Part shown: in pieces, positions 33,250 through 42,863 of the stretch
Layout: each line of letters opens with the position of its first letter
How positions within the stretch are numbered: position 1 is the stretch's first letter
Source: Clostridia bacterium
GTDB lineage: Bacteria > Bacillota > Clostridia > TANB77 > UBA1234
Reading direction: 5' to 3'
Assembly: GCA_017469545.1 (NCBI GenBank)
Contig: JAFUGE010000006.1
Location: 95,167 to 159,166 of the forward strand
DNA length: 64,000 nt
Program-made: the position numbers and the translations under genes
Notes under the pieces: generated by a model
Databases searched by the model: none
Seen by the model: only the letters and a program-made list of their open reading frames with translations
What the model was told of the DNA's origin: nothing

Positions 33250-33265
33250 TGTTATCATAGCATAT

Positions 33266-33292
33266 TGTAGGGGCAGCGTAACACGCTGCCCG
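33266..33292 (+). repeat. REP-like repeat
   Basis: TGTAGGGGCAGCGTAACACGCTGCCCG. Confidence 0.85.
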
Positions 33293-33303
33293 CAAAATAG
33301 GAG

Positions 33304-34161
33304 ATGGTTATCATTCAAGGGATAATTACAAAAGTTTATTCTGATAGATACAGAGTAAAAGTGGAAAATGAATATTTTGATTGCACAGCAAGAGGCTTGT
33401 TTAAATTAAAAAATAGCAAGCCTCTTGTAGGCGATAGGGTAGAAATAAAAAATAATCATATTGAAAAAATTTTGCCGAGAAAAAATGAATTTGTAAGGCC
33501 GCCCATTGCCAACATTGATCAGCTCATTATTGTGGTAGCGACGGCGAATCCAAAGCCTGATTTATTGCTCTTAGACAAGCAATTAATGATGGCAATTAAA
33601 AATAACGTAGAGCCAGTGATTTGTATCAATAAAATTGATTTTGAAGAAAGCTATGAAGAGATAGTGAATGTTTATGAGAATATTGGCTATCAAGTTATTA
33701 CAACAGACGCGAAGAACAAAGTAGGCATTGAAAAATTGATGCTTTTGCTTCAAAATAAAATCACGGCATTTGCAGGAAATTCAGGAGTCGGGAAATCGAC
33801 GTTAACGAATAACATTATGGGCCACACGGTATCAGAAGAGGGATTAACCTCTGAAAAACTGGAACGAGGAAAGCATACGACAAAGTATGTGGAACTATAT
33901 GAAGCGGCAGAAAATACATACGTGGCAGATACTCCAGGTTTCTCTACATATGAAGTACAAGATATTTCATATAAAGAATTAGAAAACTATTATGAAGAAT
34001 TTACTCCGTATATGAAAGATTGCAAATATCGTGGTTGCACACACATCAAGGAAGACGAGTGCGGAATTAAAAATGCCGTGAAGAAGAGAAAGATTGATAA
34101 AGGCAGATATGAAAGATATTGCGAGCTATATGAAAAGTTGAAGGGAGAAAAGAAATGGTAG
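33304..34161 (+). CDS. rsgA: ribosome small-subunit-dependent GTPase RsgA
   Basis: Circularly permuted GTPase motifs (GNSGVGKST) and a C-terminal zinc knuckle CxxxGCxHxxExxC. Confidence 0.85.
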   Translation: MVIIQGIITKVYSDRYRVKVENEYFDCTARGLFKLKNSKPLVGDRVEIKNNHIEKILPRKNEFVRPPIANIDQLIIVVATANPKPDLLLLDKQLMMAIKNNVEPVICINKIDFEESYEEIVNVYENIGYQVITTDAKNKVGIEKLMLLLQNKITAFAGNSGVGKSTLTNNIMGHTVSEEGLTSEKLERGKHTTKYVELYEAAENTYVADTPGFSTYEVQDISYKELENYYEEFTPYMKDCKYRGCTHIKEDECGIKNAVKKRKIDKGRYERYCELYEKLKGEKKW

Positions 34162-34793
34162 AAATTGCAGCGTCAATTTTAGCTGCCGACGAGGAGAGGC
34201 TGGAAGAAGAAATTGCTGATGTTATCGCATCTGGAGCGGATGCAATTCATATTGATGTAATGGACGGCGTTTTTGTGAATAATACCACGGATGGTGAAAA
34301 AATGATCAAAGCCGCCAAAGAAAATACGGAGGCTTTTTTAGATGTGCATTTGATGGTTGAAAATCCATTAGCATATTTGGAAAAGTTTCAAGAGGCGGAT
34401 AGAATTACTTTTCACATGGAAGCTGTGAATGAAAATGAGGCAAACGAGATTATCGAAACATTGCATCAACGCGGAAAAAAAGTGGGAATTGCAATCAAAC
34501 CTAATACCAAAATCAGTGCACTGAAGAAATATCTTGAAAGAATTGATATGGTATTAATTATGACTGTCGAACCTGGATTTGGAGGACAAAAATTAATTCC
34601 AGAAACTTTGGAGAAAGTAAGAAAACTAAGAAGCAAAAATGCTTCGCTTGCCATAGAAGTAGATGGAGGAATTAATTTAGAAACATCCCGTGATGCAATA
34701 AAGGCAGGGGCAAACATCTTGGTGGCTGGCACGGCAATATTTAAGCATCAGAATAGGCGCGAAATAATAGATAGGCTAAGAAATAATTCTTGA
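34155..34793 (+). CDS. rpe: ribulose-phosphate 3-epimerase
   Basis: DVHLMV and EPGFGGQ motifs. Classic stp-prkC-rsgA-rpe synteny. Confidence 0.85.
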   Translation: MVEIAASILAADEERLEEEIADVIASGADAIHIDVMDGVFVNNTTDGEKMIKAAKENTEAFLDVHLMVENPLAYLEKFQEADRITFHMEAVNENEANEIIETLHQRGKKVGIAIKPNTKISALKKYLERIDMVLIMTVEPGFGGQKLIPETLEKVRKLRSKNASLAIEVDGGINLETSRDAIKAGANILVAGTAIFKHQNRREIIDRLRNNS

Positions 34794-34989
34794 CAGAAGA
34801 CGGCAAAAATAATATCATAATATTGCTAAGCAGGGGCGTAAATTTCTTTGGGTTTCAGATACACAAAACCAATATTTGTGACTTGTTGAAAATTGATGCG
34901 CTTCCTACTAACAAGCACAGTAAAGGGACCTCTTATGATTGGTCCCTTTTACTTAAAATTTTGTAAGTACAATATACGAGGAGGATAAT

Positions 34990-36186
34990 ATGAAAAAGTT
35001 TTGTACTGTTTTAGTATTTTGTATTGTAATGTTGTTTGGAGTTTTATATGCGGCGGAAAATGTGGTATTGAAGGATGCGCCAGATTTTGAAGTGTTTTAT
35101 CATAACGGAAAAGTTGCTGTGATTTCAAGTATCAAAAATGACGAGACACTTAGCAAAGACATTGTTGCAAACAATCACTTGGTAGAGAGATATTCAGTCT
35201 ATTTACCACTTTATCTTCAAATAGATAATGACGGACTAATTACGCGAGCTATGTTAGTGAAGAATGGCCAAAACACGGCTACTGAAAAAGAATTGATTCC
35301 GACTAATTTAGGAGACAAATTAGAAGTAGGTATCGAGCAAATCGTGGGTATGCCTGATGGTGTGGGAATGATGGCGGAAACGATTTATCAAAGTCACAAA
35401 ATATATAAGTATGAAATTAATTGGACAGTAAGAGGATTAGTGCAGAAAGTGACTCATTTAGATGTCGTTGTGCTACGTGAATTGCAAATCAGAAATTATG
35501 ATTATATTTATGAAAAAATGATTAACAAGGACTATACGGATATTTATTCTATCGTTATGTCTATGACAAATGGAGAGTTAACAGCATTGGAAACATATTT
35601 GACAGCAAAGTATGGTGTAGAATGGGACGTTGACGCAAAATTGATGCAGGAAATGCGTGAAATCAATATATCTCAAATCACTTTTACGGACGTTTTAGAA
35701 AATCATTGGGCATATAACGTGATTAAAAGCATGGCCATCAAAGGCATATTAAATGGTTATGAAGATAAAACTTTTAGACCGGAAAATTATTTAACGAGAG
35801 CAGAGGCAGCACAGGTTTTGGCAAAGACTTTTGGACTTACTGAAGTAAATAAAGAGGAACTTCGTGATGTTTCGGAGGATTATTGGGGATATGATGCCAT
35901 CAGAAAAGCGAGCCGATATATTCCTATGAACGGTAATGATTTTGATAGTGAAACGAATATTACTCGTAAAGATTTTATTGTAGCCATCATGAGAATTTTG
36001 GGAGAAGAGAACAAAGCGAATGGAAATGCTTTTTCGGATTTGGAAGGACTAAGTGAGGAAGAGATTGCTAAAATCAATTTGGCTCATTCGCTTAATATTG
36101 TGAATGGCTATGAAGATGGTACATTTAGACCAAATGAACCTTTAACGAGAGCAGAAGCTTGTGCAATTTTAGCAAGAACGAAATAA
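34990..36186 (+). CDS. secreted protein with three C-terminal SLH (S-layer homology) domains
   Basis: Signal peptide. C-terminal repeats FxDVxxxHWAxxxI and TRAEAA typical of SLH. Confidence 0.7.
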   Translation: MKKFCTVLVFCIVMLFGVLYAAENVVLKDAPDFEVFYHNGKVAVISSIKNDETLSKDIVANNHLVERYSVYLPLYLQIDNDGLITRAMLVKNGQNTATEKELIPTNLGDKLEVGIEQIVGMPDGVGMMAETIYQSHKIYKYEINWTVRGLVQKVTHLDVVVLRELQIRNYDYIYEKMINKDYTDIYSIVMSMTNGELTALETYLTAKYGVEWDVDAKLMQEMREINISQITFTDVLENHWAYNVIKSMAIKGILNGYEDKTFRPENYLTRAEAAQVLAKTFGLTEVNKEELRDVSEDYWGYDAIRKASRYIPMNGNDFDSETNITRKDFIVAIMRILGEENKANGNAFSDLEGLSEEEIAKINLAHSLNIVNGYEDGTFRPNEPLTRAEACAILARTK

Positions 36187-36201
36187 TTGCATACAATGAA
36201 A

Positions 36202-36228
36202 TGTAGGGGCAGCGTTATACGCTGCCCG
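36202..36228 (+). repeat. REP-like repeat
   Basis: TGTAGGGGCAGCGTTATACGCTGCCCG. Confidence 0.85.
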
Positions 36229-36269
36229 CAAACAAAATTTGCAAAACAAATTTTGAAGGAGGAAAGACA

Positions 36270-37352
36270 ATGAAAGTAATTATTGCAGCAGGAGGTACTG
36301 GCGGCCACATCAATCCTGGAATTGCAATTGCGAATATGCTAAAAGAGCACGGGCATCAAGTAATCTTTGTTGGTACAGAAAGAGGAATGGAAAATGATTT
36401 AGTTCCCAAAGCGGGATACCCTTTAGTACATATCCATTCACAGGGATTAGAAAGAGGGATGTCGCTTAAAAATATTGGCACAATGGTTACACTTTGCAAA
36501 GGGATCAGCGAATGCAAAAGATTAATCAAGGAAGAAAAACCGGATTTGCTTATTGGCACGGGAGGGTATGTGACGGCCCCACTTATGATAGCCGGAGTAT
36601 CGAAAAAAGTGCCAACCATGATACACGAAAGCAATGCTTTGCCAGGAAAAACTACGATATGGCTTTCTTCAAAAGTAGACACGGTTGCTCTTGGATTTGA
36701 AGCGGCAATGAAAAAGCTTCCTAAGGCCAAACATGCTGTATATACGGGAAATCCTACCAAAATGAAGCCTCATGATAATAAAGAGAATATGAAGAAAAAG
36801 TTAGGTCTTGACGAGAAAAGCCTCGTACTGGTTTTTGGAGGAAGCCAAGGAGCGAAGAAAATTAACGAAGTAATGGTAGAAATGATTAATCATAATGACT
36901 TAAAGAGCTGTAATTTGATTTATGCGACGGGGCCTAAACATTATGAAGAAATCATGTCAAAGATAAAGAATATACCGGAAAATGTAAAAATTGAGAAATA
37001 TATTTATAACATGGACGAAGTAATGGCGGCCAGTGATTTGCTAGTATGCAGAAGCGGAGCGCTTACCACAAGCGAAATTGGGATTGTAGGTGTGCCTGCC
37101 ATACTGATTCCTTTCCCATATGCAGCCGAAAATCACCAATTTTTTAATGCAAAAACACTAGAAGATGTGGGCGGCGCTGTCATTATTGAAGAAAAGGACT
37201 TAAGCAAAGAAAAATTGGCCTCTATGATTAATGATTTGATAGCAAATAAGAGCAATTTAAAGCAAATGGGAGAAAATGCTAGAAAAATTGGAAATACAAA
37301 AGCAATCGAAAAGATACAATATGAGGTTGACAAGCTTACCAAATTATGTTAA
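36270..37352 (+). CDS. murG: UDP-GlcNAc:lipid I GlcNAc transferase MurG
   Basis: GGTGGHINP motif and GT28 architecture. Confidence 0.9.
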   Translation: MKVIIAAGGTGGHINPGIAIANMLKEHGHQVIFVGTERGMENDLVPKAGYPLVHIHSQGLERGMSLKNIGTMVTLCKGISECKRLIKEEKPDLLIGTGGYVTAPLMIAGVSKKVPTMIHESNALPGKTTIWLSSKVDTVALGFEAAMKKLPKAKHAVYTGNPTKMKPHDNKENMKKKLGLDEKSLVLVFGGSQGAKKINEVMVEMINHNDLKSCNLIYATGPKHYEEIMSKIKNIPENVKIEKYIYNMDEVMAASDLLVCRSGALTTSEIGIVGVPAILIPFPYAAENHQFFNAKTLEDVGGAVIIEEKDLSKEKLASMINDLIANKSNLKQMGENARKIGNTKAIEKIQYEVDKLTKLC

Positions 37353-37418
37353 TATATTATAGGAAAACTGAATATTTCTATCTATATAAATACTAATTAA
37401 TATTAGGAGGAGCAAAAA

Positions 37419-38027
37419 ATGATGTTAGCAGAGCGGGTAAGAGGGAATTATCTAACCCTGAAGCAGGAATTGTTCAATAAAGGAATTGTTGAGCCGTATT
37501 GCTTTAAGAAGTTCGTTGAAAATGAGCTACCTGAGGAGCTGCCGGAGGTCGTTTCGTTCGACTCGGCATTTCAGCGGGGGCAAAAGCTATTGCGGAATGA
37601 CGAAATCGATCCAATTTTATATGGGCGGGAAAATGAGGAAATCTTTGCTGTCGAGTACACTTGGTTTGAGCAGCGGAGATTGACGATTTTCCTCTACGGG
37701 ATTGATTATCGGGCGGCATTCGCCCACATAATCAAGAAAAATATCCCTGATATTCCTCTGGGACTGGCAACAAAGATTTCGCAGGAGCTAACCCATGACG
37801 ACTACTACTTAATCCGGCCTTTTAACTACTATCGCAATGCACTTTTGTATTCCAATGCGATAGTTAATAGAAGCAGGTATTACGTGGAGGAAGGAGAGAC
37901 ACTAAAGGATCTCCTAAACGGTGACACGCTGGTATTTAGCGTCAACCGGAAGAGGTATATAGACATCGACGACGAGCTGCCCTCGGCATTCGTTATCGAC
38001 CGCGTTCTGTATATCTATCAACCTTAA
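37419..38027 (+). CDS. hypothetical protein in a GC-rich (~48%) single-gene island
   Basis: 202-aa ORF with codon usage unlike its neighbours. No recognised domain. Followed by the terminator AAAAGCAACTGTTGTTATAACAGTTGCTTTTT. Confidence 0.5.
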   Translation: MMLAERVRGNYLTLKQELFNKGIVEPYCFKKFVENELPEELPEVVSFDSAFQRGQKLLRNDEIDPILYGRENEEIFAVEYTWFEQRRLTIFLYGIDYRAAFAHIIKKNIPDIPLGLATKISQELTHDDYYLIRPFNYYRNALLYSNAIVNRSRYYVEEGETLKDLLNGDTLVFSVNRKRYIDIDDELPSAFVIDRVLYIYQP

Positions 38028-38136
38028 AATCAAAAGCAACTGTTGTTATAACAGTTGCTTTTTGCTGTTTAGTAGTATAAAATACAGGTATGTTGAGGTA
38101 GCCCTCTTAGGCTGCCTGTGAGAAAAAGGAGAAAAC

Positions 38137-40065
38137 GTGAAAAAAGTTATTATTGCGGAAAAACCAAGCGTTGCAATGGAATTTGCAAAGGCTTTGAAAA
38201 TCAATACAACGAGAAAAAATGGCTATTTAGAGTCGGAGGAGTATATTGTGACTTGGTGTGTCGGCCATTTAGTGACCATGAGTTACCCGGAAGTGTATGA
38301 CGAAAAATACAAGATGTGGAGATACGACACATTGCCTTTTATTCCGGACGAATGGAAGTATGAGGTAATCGATAACGTCAAAGCACAATTCGAGGTCGTA
38401 AAAGGCATCCTGACGCGTGAGGACGTGGATACGATTTATGTCTGCACCGACTCTGGGCGTGAGGGAGAGTATATTTATCGCTTAGTAGACAGTATGGCAA
38501 ATGTGCAGGGAAAGCAAAAAAAGAGAGTCTGGATTGATTCACAGACGGAAGAAGAGATTTTAAGAGGCATCAGGGAGGCAAAAGATTTATCAGAATATGA
38601 TTCTTTGTCAGACAGCGCTTACTTGAGGGCACAAGAAGATTACTTAATTGGAATTAATTTTTCAAGACTACTTACCTTGATGTATGGCAAAAAAGTGGCT
38701 AGTATGAATGGCGAAGAGCGCGTATCGATTTCAATTGGCAGAGTTATGACTTGCGTTCTTGGTATGGTTGTTGACAAAGAAAATGAAATCAGAAATTTCG
38801 TGAAGACGAAGTTTTATAAAATTCAATCGCAGCTAGAGGGAGAAGTGACGGCTGAGTGGAAGCTAGATAGTGAAAAAGTGGACAAGCCGGATGTCTTAAA
38901 AATGGCGTTTGAAAAGAACTTATTGTACAACGATAATGGCTTCAAAAATGAGGGAGACGCCAAAGCCTTCATAGAGGCACTAAAGGCAAATGCTACGAAC
39001 GCCGTTGTAACAGAAGTGACGAAGAAAAAGCAAAAAGAAAATGCTCCACTGTTATATAATTTGGCGGAGATTCAAAATGACTGTACGAAAAAGTTTAAAA
39101 TTTCTCCCGACCAAACGCTAGAAATCATACAAGAGCTATATGAGAAAAAATTAGTTACTTATCCAAGAACAGACGCCAGAGTGCTTTCTACGGCCGTGGC
39201 GAAAGAAATTAGCAAGAACTTAAATGGCCTTGCGAAATGGGGAAAAAACGAGGAAATCAAGAACATCATTCAAAATATGATAGAAAACAAATATAGCACG
39301 GATATCGTAAAAAGCAAATATGTTGACGACTCTAAAATCACCGACCACTATGCGATTATTCCTACCGGGCAAGGATTGGAAAACTTCGACAAAGTTTCGG
39401 AGTTGCATCAGAAGGTATATCAATTGATTGTCAAAAGATTTTTAAGTATTTTCTTCCCGCCCGCAGAGTATAGCAAGCTTGCAATTACACTAGAAATCGA
39501 CGGGCAAAAATTTTATGCCAATAGCAAAATATGCACTAATAGGGGATATTTGTTTGTTATTTCGGAAGAAAAAGAGGCACAAGTGGATAACGATACCACA
39601 GAAAAACTTGCCAAATTAAAGAAAGGGCAAACGCTTGCCATCAGTGATATTGTTATCAAAGAGGGAGAGACGACGCCGCCTAGCCGATATACTTCCGGCT
39701 CTATGATTTTAGCGATGGAGAATGCAGGAAAATTAATTGAGGACGAAAAATTAAGAGAGCAAATTAAGGGAAGTGGCATTGGCACGAGCGCAACAAGAGC
39801 CGAAATTATCAAGAAATTAAATCGTATTGGTTACTTAGAAACAAATGCCAAAACGCAGGTTTTGACGCCAACAAATAAAGGAGAACTTATTTATAAAGTG
39901 GTAAGATATTCGATGCCAGATATGCTTAATCCACAGCTAACAGCAAGCTGGGAGAAAGGGCTAGATATGGTGGCGAAAAAGGAAATTCACTCAGACGAAT
40001 TCAAAGGAAAGCTAGAGAATTACATCAGATCAAAAGTAGGAAAACTAAAATCGTTATCCTGGTAG
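38137..40065 (+). CDS. topB: DNA topoisomerase III (GTG start)
   Basis: Toprim N-terminus IIAEKPS and a type IA catalytic core. Confidence 0.85.
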   Translation: MKKVIIAEKPSVAMEFAKALKINTTRKNGYLESEEYIVTWCVGHLVTMSYPEVYDEKYKMWRYDTLPFIPDEWKYEVIDNVKAQFEVVKGILTREDVDTIYVCTDSGREGEYIYRLVDSMANVQGKQKKRVWIDSQTEEEILRGIREAKDLSEYDSLSDSAYLRAQEDYLIGINFSRLLTLMYGKKVASMNGEERVSISIGRVMTCVLGMVVDKENEIRNFVKTKFYKIQSQLEGEVTAEWKLDSEKVDKPDVLKMAFEKNLLYNDNGFKNEGDAKAFIEALKANATNAVVTEVTKKKQKENAPLLYNLAEIQNDCTKKFKISPDQTLEIIQELYEKKLVTYPRTDARVLSTAVAKEISKNLNGLAKWGKNEEIKNIIQNMIENKYSTDIVKSKYVDDSKITDHYAIIPTGQGLENFDKVSELHQKVYQLIVKRFLSIFFPPAEYSKLAITLEIDGQKFYANSKICTNRGYLFVISEEKEAQVDNDTTEKLAKLKKGQTLAISDIVIKEGETTPPSRYTSGSMILAMENAGKLIEDEKLREQIKGSGIGTSATRAEIIKKLNRIGYLETNAKTQVLTPTNKGELIYKVVRYSMPDMLNPQLTASWEKGLDMVAKKEIHSDEFKGKLENYIRSKVGKLKSLSW

Positions 40066-40075
40066 GAGAATGTAT

Positions 40076-40528
40076 ATGAACGAAAAATTTATGAAGCTGG
40101 CACTAAAAGAGGCTAAGAAAGCCTATGAAAAGCAGGAAGTGCCAATTGGCGCCGTGATTGTAAAAGACGACATTGTGATAGCAAAGGCACATAATTTAAG
40201 AGAAGTCAAAAATCAGGCCTGTGCCCACGCTGAAATATTGGCAATTGAAAAAGCGTGCAAAAAGCTTGATAATTGGCGATTAGAGGAATGTGATATGTAT
40301 GTGACGCTAGAGCCTTGTGCGATGTGCGCAGGGGCTATATTAAACGCTAGAATGAGAAATGTGTATATTGCGGCAAAAGAACCAAGAAGCGGCGCCTGCG
40401 GCTCACAAATCAATTTGTTTGAAGACTACGTCTATAATCATAAAGTGCACTACGAGACAGGAATTCTAGAAGAAGAGGCCAGAACACTAATGCAAAGCTT
40501 CTTCAAAGAACGCAGAGAGTCCAAATGA
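40076..40528 (+). CDS. tadA: tRNA adenosine(34) deaminase TadA
   Basis: CAHAEILAI and LEPCAMCAGAI zinc-binding motifs. Confidence 0.85.
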   Translation: MNEKFMKLALKEAKKAYEKQEVPIGAVIVKDDIVIAKAHNLREVKNQACAHAEILAIEKACKKLDNWRLEECDMYVTLEPCAMCAGAILNARMRNVYIAAKEPRSGACGSQINLFEDYVYNHKVHYETGILEEEARTLMQSFFKERRESK

Positions 40529-40643
40529 TACAAGCCGTGCCGTAAAGCGAGTGATACGGCAATTGTTCACACAAAATTCATTTGACAAAACCTCTAATAA
40601 TTAGTATACTAACTATCGTATGCTAATTAAAGGAGGTATTTTT

Positions 40644-41060
40644 ATGGAAAAAGAACTAGGAGAATATTTTAGAGAAATTAACACGGCGGTGTATAACAAA
40701 TTAGAAGAAAGACTTGCCAAATATGAATTAGTAAAGGGTCAAGCAAGACTTCTTTTGCTAATCAAAGATAACGATGGCTGCACCCAAAAGGAACTTGCTA
40801 ATTTTGTTGGTGTCAAATATTCGTCAATGAGTGAGAGATTAAATAAGCTAGAAAGAAACGGATACATTGAGAGAGTATCTGACGAAGAGAACATGAAGTA
40901 CAAGAGAATTTTTATCACGCCAGAGGGAAAGACGGCCGTGGTACAATGCAGAAAAATCCTAAAAGAAATTGACGAGCAAATATTCAAAGGAATGACCAAA
41001 AAGGATAAAGTACAATTTGAAACATATTTAAATAAAATTATTAAAAATTTGTCTAAATAA
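40644..41060 (+). CDS. MarR-family transcriptional regulator
   Basis: Winged-HTH MarR architecture. Precedes two ABC exporters. Confidence 0.8.
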   Translation: MEKELGEYFREINTAVYNKLEERLAKYELVKGQARLLLLIKDNDGCTQKELANFVGVKYSSMSERLNKLERNGYIERVSDEENMKYKRIFITPEGKTAVVQCRKILKEIDEQIFKGMTKKDKVQFETYLNKIIKNLSK

Positions 41061-41062
41061 AT

Positions 41063-41089
41063 TGTAGGGGCAGCGTAGCACGCTGCCCG
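41063..41089 (+). repeat. REP-like repeat
   Basis: TGTAGGGGCAGCGTAGCACGCTGCCCG. Confidence 0.85.
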
Positions 41090-41141
41090 TAAATGGCATT
41101 ATATGCCAAAGTAATAATTGCAAAAATTAAGGAGAAAAAAG

Positions 41142-42863
41142 ATGTTAAAGTATTTAAAAAAATATTGGTATGCTGTGATTCTGGCGCCACTACTTATGAT
41201 AGTAGAAGTATATGGCGACTTAACAATACCAAAGCTAGTTGCGAGAGTAATTGACGAGGGAATCGCAGTGCAAAATGAGGCGATAGTAAATGAAGTAGGA
41301 TTAAAAATAATTCTACTTACGTTATTAATGCTAGTTGGTGGAGTAGGATGCGCGATATTTGCAAGTATTGCAGGCCAAGGATTTGGTGCAGAACTAAGAA
41401 AAGATATGTATAAAAATATACAGAGTTTTTCTTTTGCAAATATTAATAAATTTAAGACATCTTCACTGATTACAAGACTTACTAATGATGTAACGATGTT
41501 AGAACAATTAGTAAAAATGGGACTTAGAATGATGGTTCGTGCGCCTATTATGTTTGTTGGCGGAATCATTATGGCGATTTCTATTAATGCAAGGCTTGGT
41601 TTAATTATTGCCGTTGTTCTTCCTGTTATGATTATCATTGCGGCAATTATTGCTAAAAAAGGACTACCATTTTTTAATATCGTGCAACAAAAAATTGATA
41701 GAGTCAATAACGTTATCAGAGAAAATTTAATTGGTGCCAGAGTAGTAAAAGTATTCACGAGAGAAGAACATGAGGAAGAACGATTTGAAGTAGCGAATAA
41801 CGATTTAATGAATACAACCATCACAGGATTAGGAATTGTAATGTGGATTATTCCAGTGATATCGTTAATTATGAATTTAAGTATTGTGGCAGTTGTTTGG
41901 GTTGGCGCTAAGTTAGTTGGTGTGAATGGATTTGAAGTAGGAGATATCACTTCTTGTATTACCTACATTACACAAATTTTATTCTCATTAATTATGCTTT
42001 CGACTGCCATCATGAACTTAGCAAGATCAAAGGCGTCTTACGACAGAGTCAAAGAAGTGCTAAAAGAGAAAAGTGATGTAGTCAATGGTGAGAATCCTAT
42101 TGAGAAAGAGATTGAAAATGGCGAAATAGAATTTAAAAATGTTTGCTTTGCCTATAAAGATTCGGATGGCTCATATATCTTAAATGACTTAAACTTCAAA
42201 ATCAATCCTGGCGAAATTGTTGCCGTGCTTGGCTCTACGGGATCTGGTAAAACTACTTTGGTAAATTTGATTCCAAGAATGTTTGATGTATCCGAGGGAG
42301 AAGTTTCGATTGATGGCATCAATGTCAAAGATTATGATTTGAAAATTTTAAGAGAAAACATTGGATTAGTTTTGCAAAAGAATATCTTATTCTCGGGAAC
42401 AATTGCGGAAAATATGCGCTGGGGAAAAGAAGACGCCACAGACGAAGAAATTGAGAAGGCTTGCGAAATAGCACAAATAAGAGACTTTGTAGAAGGACTT
42501 CCGGAAAAATATAATACGCTTGTCGGACAAAGGGGCGTAAACTTTTCTGGCGGTCAAAAGCAGAGGCTTTGTATTGCCAGAGCAATTATCAAGAAGCCTA
42601 AGATATTAATCTTAGACGATAGTATGAGTGCTCTTGATAATTCTACAGAAAACAAATTAAGAGAAGCTTTGAAAAAAGAAATGAAAGATACTACTGTGGT
42701 AATGATTGCCCAAAGAATTAATACGGCCAAAAATGCAGATAAAATTATTGTGCTTGATAAAACGAGAATCGTTGGAATGGGCACACACGACGAATTAATT
42801 AACAAAAATGAAGTGTATACGGAAATATATAATTCACAAATGGAGGTGACATCAAATGGCTAA
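41142..42863 (+). CDS. ABC exporter, fused permease/ATPase (multidrug-type), first subunit
   Basis: Six-TM domain plus an NBD (GSTGSGKTT, LSGGQKQR, ILILDD). Confidence 0.85.
   Translation: MLKYLKKYWYAVILAPLLMIVEVYGDLTIPKLVARVIDEGIAVQNEAIVNEVGLKIILLTLLMLVGGVGCAIFASIAGQGFGAELRKDMYKNIQSFSFANINKFKTSSLITRLTNDVTMLEQLVKMGLRMMVRAPIMFVGGIIMAISINARLGLIIAVVLPVMIIIAAIIAKKGLPFFNIVQQKIDRVNNVIRENLIGARVVKVFTREEHEEERFEVANNDLMNTTITGLGIVMWIIPVISLIMNLSIVAVVWVGAKLVGVNGFEVGDITSCITYITQILFSLIMLSTAIMNLARSKASYDRVKEVLKEKSDVVNGENPIEKEIENGEIEFKNVCFAYKDSDGSYILNDLNFKINPGEIVAVLGSTGSGKTTLVNLIPRMFDVSEGEVSIDGINVKDYDLKILRENIGLVLQKNILFSGTIAENMRWGKEDATDEEIEKACEIAQIRDFVEGLPEKYNTLVGQRGVNFSGGQKQRLCIARAIIKKPKILILDDSMSALDNSTENKLREALKKEMKDTTVVMIAQRINTAKNADKIIVLDKTRIVGMGTHDELINKNEVYTEIYNSQMEVTSNG

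Noticed and set aside
34800-34989. Possible riboswitch or leader upstream of the SLH-protein gene
   Set aside because: No recognisable riboswitch consensus was found. Only a terminator-like hairpin (GGGACCTCTTATGATTGGTCCC) is evident.
38118-38300. 60-aa ORF overlapping the topB start
   Set aside because: It is an alternative frame of the topB 5' end. topB has a clear GTG start and a Toprim N-terminus.
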